A DNA stretch of 64,000 nt from Dehalococcoidia bacterium (GTDB lineage Bacteria; Chloroflexota; Dehalococcoidia; Lucifugimonadales; CAZENU01): positions 1,375,010-1,439,009 of the forward strand of contig CBDCTC010000006.1 of the NCBI GenBank assembly GCA_965222125.1, read 5' to 3'. Every line of letters starts with the position of its first letter. The stretch's first letter is position 1. A program made the translations under genes and the position numbers. Positions 1 to 9,117 of this stretch are shown one piece after another. The notes beneath the pieces were generated by a model. It saw nothing but the letters and a program-made list of their open reading frames with translations. It ran no database searches and was not told where the DNA came from.

Positions 1-335
1 TTCTTCCATGCCTGTTCCATGTCCAGCTCCGGGTACTTCCCCGAGACCTCGTCGCCGGTCAGCCCCGACAGGATGCCGACGTCGTACTCCATCAGGTCGT
101 CCACGTCGACGACCTCCATCGCCCAACCGGCAGCGAGTATGGAGGCCGTCTCGCTTGTTCGCGAGAGCGGGCTCGTGTAGACGTGGGTGGGCACGAATTC
201 CTCGCTGTGGAAGCGGTCCGCGAGCTTCCGCGCCTGTCGTCTACCGGCATCGGAGAGCGGAAAGTCGGATCGCCCCTGGTAGCGGTTCTCGGCGTTGGCC
301 GTCGACTCCGCGTGTCTGACGAACAGGAGTCTCAT
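1..335 (-). CDS. histidine phosphatase (phosphoglycerate-mutase-like) family protein, 5' part only; gene runs off the left edge
   Basis: My translation from the ATG at 335 (minus strand) gives MRLLFVRHAESTANAENRYQGRSDFPLSDAGRRQARKLADRF..., which carries the RHxxS/T catalytic-His motif of the family. There is an ATGA start/stop overlap with the upstream ORF (stop 332-334). It is not in the ORF track because no stop lies in the window. Confidence 0.75.
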   Translation of the reverse strand, partial: MRLLFVRHAESTANAENRYQGRSDFPLSDAGRRQARKLADRFHSEEFVPTHVYTSPLSRTSETASILAAGWAMEVVDVDDLMEYDVGILSGLTGDEVSGKYPELDMEQAWK

Positions 336-1513
336 CGGTCCAACCACTCCGATGACGCTGGCGCTATGTTGCCGTCGTCGTCTGCCTCGAGCAGCGCGGC
401 GAAGTCGTAGCCGCGACGCCTGATCTCGTCGCTGCCGCCCTGACGGCGGTCCAGGATGCAGAGCACCTTGACGACCTCACACCCGGCCTGTTCCACCGCG
501 TCTACCGCGTGGAGCAGACTGCCGCCCGTGCTGCAGGTGTCGTCTACGACCGCGACCTTCGCCCCGGGCCTCACCCTCCCCTCGATGAGCCGCCCCGTTC
601 CGTGCTTTTTCGCGCGCGGCCTGACGATCAACGCGCCGATAGGGTTGCCCTTGAGATGGCTGACCGTGGCCACCGACGCGACGATCGGGTCGGCCGCCAC
701 AGTCGGCCCGGCGATCGCCTCCGCGCCGCACTCCACCAGCGTGGGGTAGAGGGCCGTGGCCACCCTGTACGAGCCCTCGGGATCGAGCGTCACCAGGCGT
801 CCGTCGAAGTAGTAGCCGCTCGCGGCGCCGGAGGTTAGCTCGAACTCCCCGAACTGGAGCGCGCCGACGTCGAGCGCCAACTGTAGGATCTCTGCTGCCG
901 AGTCCTTCACACCTTTGTCCCCTCCGTCGAGATAGAGTCCGTGGTCGTCTATGTACCGTGCTACGGGCCCGGGCACGAGGTCGGCTATCGACAGCCCCTC
1001 ATGGACCCGGCGCCTCACCTCCGTGCTGCTGACGTGCAACAGTGGGCCGGCGATCACCGTAACCGCCGCCCGCGCGTCCGCGTCGACCGCTTCCAGCGCG
1101 TCCAGTCCGGGGTCCGGCTGTCCGGGCCGCGCGAACACGCCAAGTCTGGACAACTGGACTACGCTACGCGGACGGTGCCACAGCGCAATCTGCCTGAGCG
1201 CATCCGCACCCAACAGCAATAACAGCTCGCGCCCCGGCGCCAGGGACTCCAGCGTGTCCACAGTATACGTCGCCCCGGGCCGGCGCACCTCGCTGTCGGA
1301 TACGGCGACACCCGGATACGGCGCCGCGGCCAGGCTCGCCATCTCAAGCCGTTGGAGCCCGGAGGCCTCCGGTTCCCGCGCCTTGAGGCGCGGTCGGCCG
1401 GCCGGGACGATGAGCACCTCATCCAGGCTGAGGCGCTCCCGCGCGGCCTCAATCGCAGCCAGGTGCCCCGAATGGATCGGGTCGAGCGTCCCACCGAATA
1501 TCCCTGCCCGCAA
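332..1513 (-). CDS. nadD: nicotinate-nucleotide adenylyltransferase (NadD) fused to an orotate-phosphoribosyltransferase-like type I PRTase domain
   Basis: A single 393-aa ORF. The N-terminal half has the GGTLDPIHSGHL (HxGH) and SSTEVRRRV (ISST-like) NadD motifs. The C-terminal half has ALQFGEFELTSGAASGYYFDGR (OPRT-type N-terminus) and the VAVVDDTCSTGGS PRPP-binding loop. Confidence 0.8.
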   Translation of the reverse strand: MRAGIFGGTLDPIHSGHLAAIEAARERLSLDEVLIVPAGRPRLKAREPEASGLQRLEMASLAAAPYPGVAVSDSEVRRPGATYTVDTLESLAPGRELLLLLGADALRQIALWHRPRSVVQLSRLGVFARPGQPDPGLDALEAVDADARAAVTVIAGPLLHVSSTEVRRRVHEGLSIADLVPGPVARYIDDHGLYLDGGDKGVKDSAAEILQLALDVGALQFGEFELTSGAASGYYFDGRLVTLDPEGSYRVATALYPTLVECGAEAIAGPTVAADPIVASVATVSHLKGNPIGALIVRPRAKKHGTGRLIEGRVRPGAKVAVVDDTCSTGGSLLHAVDAVEQAGCEVVKVLCILDRRQGGSDEIRRRGYDFAALLEADDDGNIAPASSEWLDR

Positions 1514-2773
1514 CTAGTCCCACTCCAGTTCGAGCTTGCCTATGCGGACAATGTCCCCGTCTCTCGCTCCGGCCTTCTCCAGGGCGGACATGATGCCCAT
1601 CCGCCTAAGGTGCTCCATGAACTGCGTCCTCGCCTCCCAGTCGTCGGGGTCTACCAGCGCGGCGATCCTCTCGGCGGCGCGTACCGGCACGACATAGGTG
1701 TCGCCGTCTCTAATGACCCTGGTCTCCCGGTCGACAGACCGCGGGCGGATCACCGGGGCAGGCTGTTCCATGATGGCGGCGTCCCGGTCCCGCGGGGTTG
1801 CCGCCAGCGCCCCCACTACGTCGCCGAGCAGATCGTCCAGTCCTATTCTGGCGAGCGCCGAGACGGCGCGGATCCCTCTCCCTGGAAGCTCCGCCCGCAG
1901 CCCGGCGGCCCGCTCTTCCACACCGTACAGATCAACCTTGTTCACCGCCAGAAGCTCTTTCTTGCTCGCCAGACGCTCGTCGAACAGCTCCAACTCCGTG
2001 CGAATCCGATGGTACTCGGCCACGAGGTCGGGCCTGTCCCCGTCTATCAGGTGTATCAGCACCTTCGTCCGCTCGACATGGCGCAGGAAGTCATGCCCGA
2101 GGCCGACACCCGCATGGGCTCCTTCAATCAGCCCCGGGATGTCGACCAGAACGATCATGTCGTAGCCGATCTCCGCTGTACCCAATGACGGCTCTAGGGT
2201 CGTGAACGGATAGCTCGCCACCTTGGGGTGGGCGCCCGTCAGCGCCGCCAGCAGACTGGACTTGCCAGCGTTGGGGGCGCCGACGATGCCGACGTCTGCG
2301 AACAACTTCAACTCCAGTCTCAGCACGCGGCTCTCGCCCGGGTCGCCCGCCTCCGCCAATACCGGAAAGCGGTTAGTAGAGGACGCGAAGGTGGTGTTGC
2401 CACGCCCGCCGCGGCCACCGCGCGCAACCACAATGCTCATGCCCTCCGCGGAGATGTCAACACCGCCCGGCGACTCATCATCCAACCCCCGGACGACTGT
2501 GCCAACCGGTACCTCGATCTGGATGTCCTGCCCCTTCGCACCATGACGGTCCCTGCCGGCTCCGTGGCCTCCATTTTCCGCAACGACGCGACGTCGTTGA
2601 CGCAGGCGTCGGAGGCTGGTGATGGTCCCTGAACCACTTACAACGACAGATCCTCCGCGACCACCATCTCCTCCGTCAGGCCCGCCGCGCGGGATGAACT
2701 TTTCCCTGCGGCCGCTCACGCACCCGTTACCCCCATCTCCTGATGTTACTGATATTTCAACTTTATCGATCAT
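1514..2773 (-). CDS. obg: GTPase Obg/CgtA
   Basis: Starts MIDKVEISVTSGDGGNGCVSGRREKFIPRGGPDGGDGGRGG (Obg fold), followed by the G-domain motif GAPNAGKSS and a C-terminal OCT-like domain. I chose the internal ATG at 2773; the track ORF extends to 2947 with a non-homologous N-terminus. Confidence 0.9.
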   Translation of the reverse strand: MIDKVEISVTSGDGGNGCVSGRREKFIPRGGPDGGDGGRGGSVVVSGSGTITSLRRLRQRRRVVAENGGHGAGRDRHGAKGQDIQIEVPVGTVVRGLDDESPGGVDISAEGMSIVVARGGRGGRGNTTFASSTNRFPVLAEAGDPGESRVLRLELKLFADVGIVGAPNAGKSSLLAALTGAHPKVASYPFTTLEPSLGTAEIGYDMIVLVDIPGLIEGAHAGVGLGHDFLRHVERTKVLIHLIDGDRPDLVAEYHRIRTELELFDERLASKKELLAVNKVDLYGVEERAAGLRAELPGRGIRAVSALARIGLDDLLGDVVGALAATPRDRDAAIMEQPAPVIRPRSVDRETRVIRDGDTYVVPVRAAERIAALVDPDDWEARTQFMEHLRRMGIMSALEKAGARDGDIVRIGKLELEWD

Positions 2774-3060
2774 AGGTATGGGGAATACTAACAGTCTCTC
2801 ATAATCTCGTGGATTACTGGGATACCTGATCTGTGCGGCGTGTCGAAGATAGGCCTTCGGTGAATTGCTTGGGGATTGCCTATGGCTTGTCGGTGGACGA
2901 TTGGTTTCCCCTGGACTGCTGCACGGGAGGATGAGGGTGTTACCCACATATGAGCAAGGATATCCACCGGAGACGGTAAGTTATCCACAAAGCGCGGGTG
3001 GTAGGCGCTGGGGGACAGGGGCCCGAAGGAGGCTGGATGGGCAGAGCGGAGACCGGGCTG
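2774..3060. other. candidate oriC / DnaA-box cluster in the obg-dnaA intergenic region
   Basis: A perfect TTATCCACA lies at 2981-2989, TTACCCACA (1 mismatch) at 2940-2948, and ATATCCACC (2 mismatches) at 2960-2968. All three share one orientation at about 20-21 bp phasing. An inverted 2-mismatch box, CGTGGATTA, lies at 2808-2816. The adjacent stretch 2741-2830 is markedly AT-rich for this genome. Confidence 0.45.
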
Positions 3061-4485
3061 CTAGCCTTCCAGGGACTCACGGATGTTGATGAGGTCTTGG
3101 CGAAGATCAGGGTCTTCGTTTGCCAGGGATGCGATGCGGACGCAGGCGTGCATGACCGTGGTGTGGTCCTTGCCGCCCAAGGCCAGGCCGGCCGCCTTCA
3201 AGGTGAGATGGACGTCCTCGCGGAGCAGGTACATGGCGACCTGCCGAGCGAGGGCAGTATGTTTGTCACGCCGCTTGCCTTTGAGGACTTCGACTTCGAC
3301 GTCGAAGTAGGAGCACACGGCATCGACTATCTCCTGCTCGGACACCTTCCGCCGGGTCGATCCAGCCAGGGAGTCTGCCAGAACCCTCTTAACCAGGTCA
3401 AACGAGATTAAGCTATTGGTCAGGTGAGCGTAAGCGGCGATCTTATTCAGGGTCCCTTCCAGCTCACGGACGTTCTTGTGAACGCGCCCTGCGAGGAGAT
3501 CCAGAACGTCGTTCGGGAACCGCTGACCCGTGCCCGCCGCTTTGGCACGCAGGATATCGATACGCATCTCCTGATCGGGCGTCTGGATATCGACGACAAG
3601 CCCCGCGGCGAGCCGGGAGCTTACCCGGTCTTCGAGCAGGGTGAGATTCGTCACCGGGCGGTCGCTCGTTATCACCACCTGCTTACCCGCGAGGTGGAGC
3701 GCGTTGAAGGTGTGGAAGAAGCCCTCCTGGGTCTGCTGTTTGCCGATGATGAACTGGATGTCGTCGAGCAGCAGGGCATCGGCGCTGCGGTAGTAGGCCC
3801 TGAAGGCGTCGGTCGTCCCTTCGCGAATCGCCCGAATGTACCCGTTGGTGAACTCCTCCGTCGTGGCGTAGATCGGCGTCAGCCCGCGGGAGATCAGCCT
3901 GTGGCCGATCGCATGGAGCATGTGGGTCTTGCCGAGGCCGACGCCGGAGTAGATGAACAGCGGGTTGTAGACACCGCCCGGCGTTTCCGAGACTGCCAGG
4001 GCGGCCGCGTGGGCGAGCTCGTTCGACCTGCCGACGATGAACGTGTCGAAGACGTAGCGAGGGTTCAGCGCAGTGGCCGGTCGGTCCGTATCCGCCTGCG
4101 GCGTCGAGCCGTTGAGTGAGTGGTGCGTCGGGTTCGAGGACGGGGCGCGGTCGTCTTGTGACACGTGACCTGCAGGGGCCCCCGAGACAACCTCGAAGCG
4201 GACGTCGACATCCCTGGCAACGATCCGACCCACGGCGCTGGAGATGAGCGAGTACATCCGCTGTTCGAGCATCTCGGCGACGAAGGTGTTCGGGGCGCTG
4301 ACGACGAACTCGCTATCGGCGTAGCGGATGCCGGTGGTGTCGCGGAGCCAGGTCTCGTAGCTCGGTCGGGTCACCCGGAGCTCGAGATCGCCCAGGACGG
4401 CCTGCCAGATCGCGTCGGGGCGCCGCTGCTCCGGAGCAGCGGAGCCCCGGGTCTTCTTGGCAGTCTGGTTTGTCGCGGTCGTCAA
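3061..4485 (-). CDS. dnaA: chromosomal replication initiator protein DnaA
   Basis: 474 aa. Contains IWQAVLGDLE...SYETWL (domain I), the Walker A motif GVGLGKTHMLHAIG, and a C-terminal HTH-type DNA-binding region (RRDKHTALARQVAMYLLRE). Confidence 0.95.
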   Translation of the reverse strand: MTTATNQTAKKTRGSAAPEQRRPDAIWQAVLGDLELRVTRPSYETWLRDTTGIRYADSEFVVSAPNTFVAEMLEQRMYSLISSAVGRIVARDVDVRFEVVSGAPAGHVSQDDRAPSSNPTHHSLNGSTPQADTDRPATALNPRYVFDTFIVGRSNELAHAAALAVSETPGGVYNPLFIYSGVGLGKTHMLHAIGHRLISRGLTPIYATTEEFTNGYIRAIREGTTDAFRAYYRSADALLLDDIQFIIGKQQTQEGFFHTFNALHLAGKQVVITSDRPVTNLTLLEDRVSSRLAAGLVVDIQTPDQEMRIDILRAKAAGTGQRFPNDVLDLLAGRVHKNVRELEGTLNKIAAYAHLTNSLISFDLVKRVLADSLAGSTRRKVSEQEIVDAVCSYFDVEVEVLKGKRRDKHTALARQVAMYLLREDVHLTLKAAGLALGGKDHTTVMHACVRIASLANEDPDLRQDLINIRESLEG

Positions 4486-4959
4486 GGGAAAGAGCCGCCT
4501 CCGAGTGGTGATTTGAGCGCCATCTGGCCCCGGCGGGGTCAGGACTCGGAGGCCGGGACAGGCCCGGACCTGCGGTCCTTTTGGGGTTCGATGCTGAGGG
4601 TGCGCGGCAGTGTAGCACGGCCCTTGTCGTGCACCGTCAAGCCATGGAAGAGGGGATTTTCGGACGGAATTCTTGGCCCTCGGGCGGGCGTCCCAGCGGG
4701 CGGCGTGTCACAGGGCTCCATGACCTGGAACGGCGTCGTTATGGGGTGTAGAGGCAGCGCGGGCCGGCCCGATCCGGCCGCAGGGGACCGGCTTCCACCG
4801 GAGTGCACACGGGCGGAGAGGCCGGCCGGCCCATGCCCTCTCCGCTCGAAGTTGGACAGAGACTAAACGCCGATCGCCCAACAGCATATGTGGATTCTTA
4901 GACAAGGCCGGCTGGCGTCTCTGTCATTCACGCCGTCGGTGGGAGGCGCGGGCTCCCTG

Positions 4960-5199
4960 CTACGGGGCGAGGGGCGGTTCGCCGGGCGCGCCGGCGATGT
5001 TCCCAATGGGCACGCCAAGACCGAGCGCGAGCAGCCCGAGCCAGACGGCAATAGCCGCCGCGGCAAGGCCGGCGATCACGAACAGCGTGACGACGGCGAA
5101 ACGACGCCACCGACTGCGGCCCAACTGCCCCTGGCGCTTCCGCAGCGCGTCGTCGATCTCGGCCTGCAGCTCACGGGCCGATTTGCCTCTCGTGGCCAT
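4960..5199 (-). CDS. small hypothetical membrane protein (79 aa)
   Basis: An internal ATG at 5199 within the spurious 522-aa track ORF gives MATRGKSARELQAEIDDALRKRQGQLGRSRWRRFAVVTLFVIAGLAAAAIAVWLGLLALGLG. It has a charged N-terminus followed by a hydrophobic segment and lies just downstream of tdh. Confidence 0.35.
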   Translation of the reverse strand: MATRGKSARELQAEIDDALRKRQGQLGRSRWRRFAVVTLFVIAGLAAAAIAVWLGLLALGLGVPIGNIAGAPGEPPLAP

Positions 5200-5216
5200 C
5201 CCGAATGCCTCGCTCG

Positions 5217-6290
5217 CTACCCGCCGTTGCCGTCGGGTCTCATGACGATCTTGCCCGCCATGCCCGACCGCAGCAGCTCGATTGCCGCGTCGATCTCTGA
5301 AACGCGCATCTCGTGGGTGACGATCGGGCGGAGGTCGACGGCGCCGCTCTCCAGGAGCCAGCGTGTCCTGTACCAGGTCTCGAATATCCGCCTGCCGCTG
5401 AGGGCTCTGACGGTGAGGTTCTTGAAGATAACGTCGCCGGCCAGGTCCTCTATCGTCACCGCGCGAGAGGGGATGCCGAAGAGGGTGACGCGGCCGCCGG
5501 GCGCGACGGCCTTGAACGCCGTGTTGATCGCCGTCTCCGCCCCGCTCATCTCGAGCGCGACATCCAGGCCGTGGTCGCCGTTGGCCTCCGTTAGCAACGC
5601 CGCGACGTCGCTCGCTGACGCGTAGCGGCCCGGGCCGAATGTCCGGCTCGCGCCCATCTTGAGCGCCAGATCGAGCCTGTACTCGTGCGGGTCGACCGCG
5701 AACACTGACGCGGCCCCGGAGGAGCTGGCGATGGCGATCGCGAACAGGCCGACGGGCCCGCAGCCCAGCACGCCGACGGAGCGCCCCGTCAGGGCATGGT
5801 CCAGGGTGGAGAACACGGCGTTGCCGAACGGCTCCTGCAGTGTCGCGATCTCGGGCGGCAGCTTCGCGCGGTCGTTCTGCCAGACGACCTTCTCGGGGAC
5901 CGCGACGTAGTCCGCGAAGGCGCCGTCCCGGTGCACGCCCAGTATGCTGGGGTTGACGCACATGTGGCGCGTACCCGAGCGGCACTGAACGCAGACGTCG
6001 CAGGTGACATGGCTCTCCGCGGATACGTAGTCGCCCACGGCGACGTTCTCGACGGCCGAGCCGAGATCGACGACGGTGCCCGCGAACTCGTGCCCCAAGG
6101 TCACCGGCGGCTTGATGTAGCGGGAGCTCCAGTCGTCCCACTCCCAGATGTGCAGGTCGGTGCCGCAGATGCTCGCCGCCTCGACCTTCACGAGGACCTC
6201 GTCGGCCGCCGTCTCGGGGAGGGGTATCTCTTCCACGACAAGGCCGCGCCCGGGCGCGGCCTTGCGTACGGCCGTCATTGTCTCTGCCAT
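5217..6290 (-). CDS. tdh: L-threonine 3-dehydrogenase (zinc-dependent MDR family)
   Basis: Contains VKVEAASICGTDLHIWEWDDWSSRYIKPPVTLGHEFAGTV, the typical Tdh zinc-ADH signature, and a Rossmann GxGxxG motif (VLGCGPVG). Confidence 0.8.
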   Translation of the reverse strand: MAETMTAVRKAAPGRGLVVEEIPLPETAADEVLVKVEAASICGTDLHIWEWDDWSSRYIKPPVTLGHEFAGTVVDLGSAVENVAVGDYVSAESHVTCDVCVQCRSGTRHMCVNPSILGVHRDGAFADYVAVPEKVVWQNDRAKLPPEIATLQEPFGNAVFSTLDHALTGRSVGVLGCGPVGLFAIAIASSSGAASVFAVDPHEYRLDLALKMGASRTFGPGRYASASDVAALLTEANGDHGLDVALEMSGAETAINTAFKAVAPGGRVTLFGIPSRAVTIEDLAGDVIFKNLTVRALSGRRIFETWYRTRWLLESGAVDLRPIVTHEMRVSEIDAAIELLRSGMAGKIVMRPDGNGG

Positions 6291-6475
6291 AGGCCTTCCT
6301 GAGCTTTGCTGAGAGCATCGGTGAGTTTAGGTGCGGCCCCGTAGGGGTGTCAACTCGACCGCGGCGGGAGGTGCAGACGCGCGGGCGCGGCGCGGGAAGC
6401 GGCTTTGACTGCGCGGGACGACGAAAGTAGACTCTGGCGAAACAGCGCAGGGCCTGCGCGGCAGGAGACCGTTCT

Positions 6476-7174
6476 ATGAACCTGATAATCACCGGGTGCG
6501 AGTACGCCGGAAAGTCGACCCTGGTCAAGCGCGTCGCGGACTGGAAGGAGCAGGTGCTCGGAACGTCCGTCCCACTGGTCTGGTTCGGCGATCACAGGAT
6601 GCCCCAGTACCACGACCACTTCAGCTTCCCGGAGCTCGGCGCCAACGACCTGAGCGAAGAGGAGGCGGACGCGATGTGGTCGCTCAGCCCTCGGCTCCGC
6701 AAATTCTTCCTCACCTGGGGCATGTACTACCACCTGACCCAGGTCTTCTACGACGACAACGACCACATCCTGGTCGGCTTCCACCTCGAGGAGTCCGTCT
6801 ACGCCCCGCTGTACTACGGGTACGGGGAGCCGGGGACCCGCCCCAGCCTCTCGCGGGCGCTGGACCAGGAGATCATGAAGAAGGCGCCGGACACGGTGCT
6901 CGTGATGCTGACGGCCTCGCCAGAGGCGATCCTCGAGCGGATGAGGGCCAACCCCCACAGGCGCGGCCTGCTGCAGGAGAAGGATGTCGAGCACGTGCTG
7001 GAGCGGTTCGACCGGGAGTTCCTCGAGTCGACGATCCGGTACAAGTTCGTCATCGACACCACCGACAACACCGAAGGGGAGACGTTTCAGCAGTTCGTGA
7101 ACAAGATGTATCCCCACCTGGGCCCCGCCGACCGGCTGCGCATGCAGACCAAACGGCCGCCCGAGGGCGCCTAG
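6476..7174 (+). CDS. P-loop NTPase / kinase-like ATP-binding protein (AAA_28 / NadR-kinase-like)
   Basis: N-terminal Walker A motif in MNLIITGCEYAGKSTLVKRVADW. No further specific motif was recognised. Confidence 0.5.
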   Translation: MNLIITGCEYAGKSTLVKRVADWKEQVLGTSVPLVWFGDHRMPQYHDHFSFPELGANDLSEEEADAMWSLSPRLRKFFLTWGMYYHLTQVFYDDNDHILVGFHLEESVYAPLYYGYGEPGTRPSLSRALDQEIMKKAPDTVLVMLTASPEAILERMRANPHRRGLLQEKDVEHVLERFDREFLESTIRYKFVIDTTDNTEGETFQQFVNKMYPHLGPADRLRMQTKRPPEGA

Positions 7175-7226
7175 GGCCGGGCCCGCCGCACCGCAGACCA
7201 CTCGAAGAACGCAGGGAGGACGCGAC

Positions 7227-7547
7227 ATGGAACGCGCAGGATTCGTGCTGAAGGTGAAGAAGGACAGGCTGGACGAGTACACGCGGCGGCACCGCGAGGT
7301 GTGGCCGGACATGCTGGACGCCATACGTCGGAACGGCTTTGGCAACTACTCGCTGTTCCTGGACGGGGACGGCAACCTCTTCGGCTACGTCGAGGCGGAG
7401 GAGAGCTTCGAGAAGTGCCTCGAAGGGATGGCCACCGAGGAGGCCAACCTGCGCTGGCAGGCCGACATGGCGGACTTCTTCGAGGGCATCAGCGGCCGCC
7501 CGGACCAGTCGATGATGAAGCTCGAGCACGTCTTCTATTCGCCGTAG
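7227..7547 (+). CDS. rhaM: L-rhamnose mutarotase
   Basis: 106 aa. FVLKVKKDRLDEYTRRHREVWPDMLDAIRRNGFGNYSLFLDGDGNLFGYVE aligns by eye along its length with E. coli YiiL/RhaM. Confidence 0.8.
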   Translation: MERAGFVLKVKKDRLDEYTRRHREVWPDMLDAIRRNGFGNYSLFLDGDGNLFGYVEAEESFEKCLEGMATEEANLRWQADMADFFEGISGRPDQSMMKLEHVFYSP

Positions 7548-7616
7548 CCGCCGCAGACCAGGACACGATACGGCCTACCGCAATGCGCGAGGACAGGACG
7601 ACGCCCCTGCGTATCC

Positions 7617-9086
7617 TTAGTCGTCGGCCCGGAGGCTGATCTCGACGATCTGACTGTCGCCGGACGTCACCCGGCTCCACTCAGCGATCCGCCACCCGAC
7701 GACCCACGCGATGCCCCGGGGCGTGACGACCAACGGGACCCGGTCGCGCCACGATGCGGGGATCTTTGCGTCGGCCATGAAGTCCTGCAGCTTCTTATGG
7801 CCCGGCGCGCCGAGCGGCTGAAACCTGTCGCCGGGCATCCGCGTGCGGAGAACCAGGCCGCCCTCGACGGCGCGGCGGCTCATCCGCGCGATCGGGTCGG
7901 CGGGAGGCCTGCCCGCGGTGTCCCCGGCTCCCCCGTCGCCGGAGCGTCGCAGCGCGTCGTCGTCGGGGCGGTCTACCAGCCGTACGGCGATTCGCCAAGC
8001 GCCGACGCGGGTATCGCCCATCGCCGTCAGCGCGTGCTCGCCCTCGAAACGCGGCAGCGGGCAGAGGTCCGCGTCGGCGCGCGCAACGATGGCCTCGTCG
8101 TATCCGACGTGGAAGCGCAGGCCGCCGGGCAGGTCGATCGCGCGGCCCGCGGGGCCCTTCAGCAGCCGCATCATGTCGTCGGCGTGACGCAGGTGGACGC
8201 CGTCCAGGTCGCCCTTGACGGCGGCGACGGCGCGTCTGAGCACGTGCGCCCGGAGCGCCGTCGGTAGCCGGCTTATTGTGCGCCGGTCCAGGGCTACCCT
8301 GTCCTGTCCCACCTCCGCGGCGTCTTGCCACAGCCGGTCAACCTCCCCGTCGAGATAGGAGAGCTCGCGCGCAGCGGCCGTGGACAGCCGGAGCAGGGCG
8401 TCCCGAACGGAAGGGTTCAGCTCCTCGAGCAGCGGCAGCAGCTCGGCCCGGACCCGGTTGCGGGTGAAGTCGGGAGAGCGGTTCGACTCGTCCATCCTGG
8501 GCCGCAGGCCGAGGGCGCGGCAGTAGGCTTCGGTGTCGGCGCGCGGAAGGCCGAGCAGCGGGCGCACGAAGCGCACCTCCGTCCCCTCCACACGCCGCGC
8601 CGAGTAAGTCTCCATCCCCCGCAGGCCGGTGAGGCCGCTGCCGCGCACGACGTGCATCAGGATGGTCTCCGCCTGGTCGTCCGCGGTGTGTCCCAACGCG
8701 ACCGCGTCTGCGCCGTGCTCGCGGTAGACGCGTGCGAGGAAGGCGTACCGCACCTCGCGCGCCGCCTGCTCGAGCGACAGCCGGTGGGCGGCCCTGTAGG
8801 CGGCGACGTCCGCCTTTTCCACGTCGCAGGCGATCCTGGCGGAGTCGAAGGCGTTGGCGGCGAACGCCGCATCGGCCGCTCCCGCGTCTCCCCGCAGACC
8901 GTGGTCGAGATGCGCGCCGCGCAGACTCAGCCCCAGCCGGGCGCGCAGGTGCAGGAGGGCGTGCAGCAGCGCCATCGAGTCCGGCCCGCCGGAGACGGCG
9001 ACGACGAGCGACGCCGCGCCGGCAAACGAGTCGCGGAGAGCGGCTTCCACTTCGCTATGGACCCGGTCGACGGCGGAGTCTCCCAC
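7617..9086 (-). CDS. tilS: tRNA(Ile)-lysidine synthase
   Basis: Contains the PP-loop VAVSGGPDSMALLHAL and the C-terminal TilS domain motif GDRFQPLGAPGHKKLQDFMADAKIP. Confidence 0.9.
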   Translation of the reverse strand: MGDSAVDRVHSEVEAALRDSFAGAASLVVAVSGGPDSMALLHALLHLRARLGLSLRGAHLDHGLRGDAGAADAAFAANAFDSARIACDVEKADVAAYRAAHRLSLEQAAREVRYAFLARVYREHGADAVALGHTADDQAETILMHVVRGSGLTGLRGMETYSARRVEGTEVRFVRPLLGLPRADTEAYCRALGLRPRMDESNRSPDFTRNRVRAELLPLLEELNPSVRDALLRLSTAAARELSYLDGEVDRLWQDAAEVGQDRVALDRRTISRLPTALRAHVLRRAVAAVKGDLDGVHLRHADDMMRLLKGPAGRAIDLPGGLRFHVGYDEAIVARADADLCPLPRFEGEHALTAMGDTRVGAWRIAVRLVDRPDDDALRRSGDGGAGDTAGRPPADPIARMSRRAVEGGLVLRTRMPGDRFQPLGAPGHKKLQDFMADAKIPASWRDRVPLVVTPRGIAWVVGWRIAEWSRVTSGDSQIVEISLRADD

Positions 9087-9117
9087 GTTAGCCGCCAGAA
9101 GTGTCCGTGCTCATGGC

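Noticed and set aside
4960-6528. Very long Arg/Gly/Pro-rich ORFs on the strand opposite to, or out of frame with, clear genes. Examples: 4960..6528, 6350..7345, 8854..10734, 24870..26399, 28619..30859, 42765..44864, 45746..48868, 45169..47247.
   Set aside because: These are typical shadow ORFs of a high-GC genome. They overlap strongly supported genes (tdh, tilS, ffh, sucCD, rpoB, rpoC), have low-complexity composition and contain no recognisable motifs.
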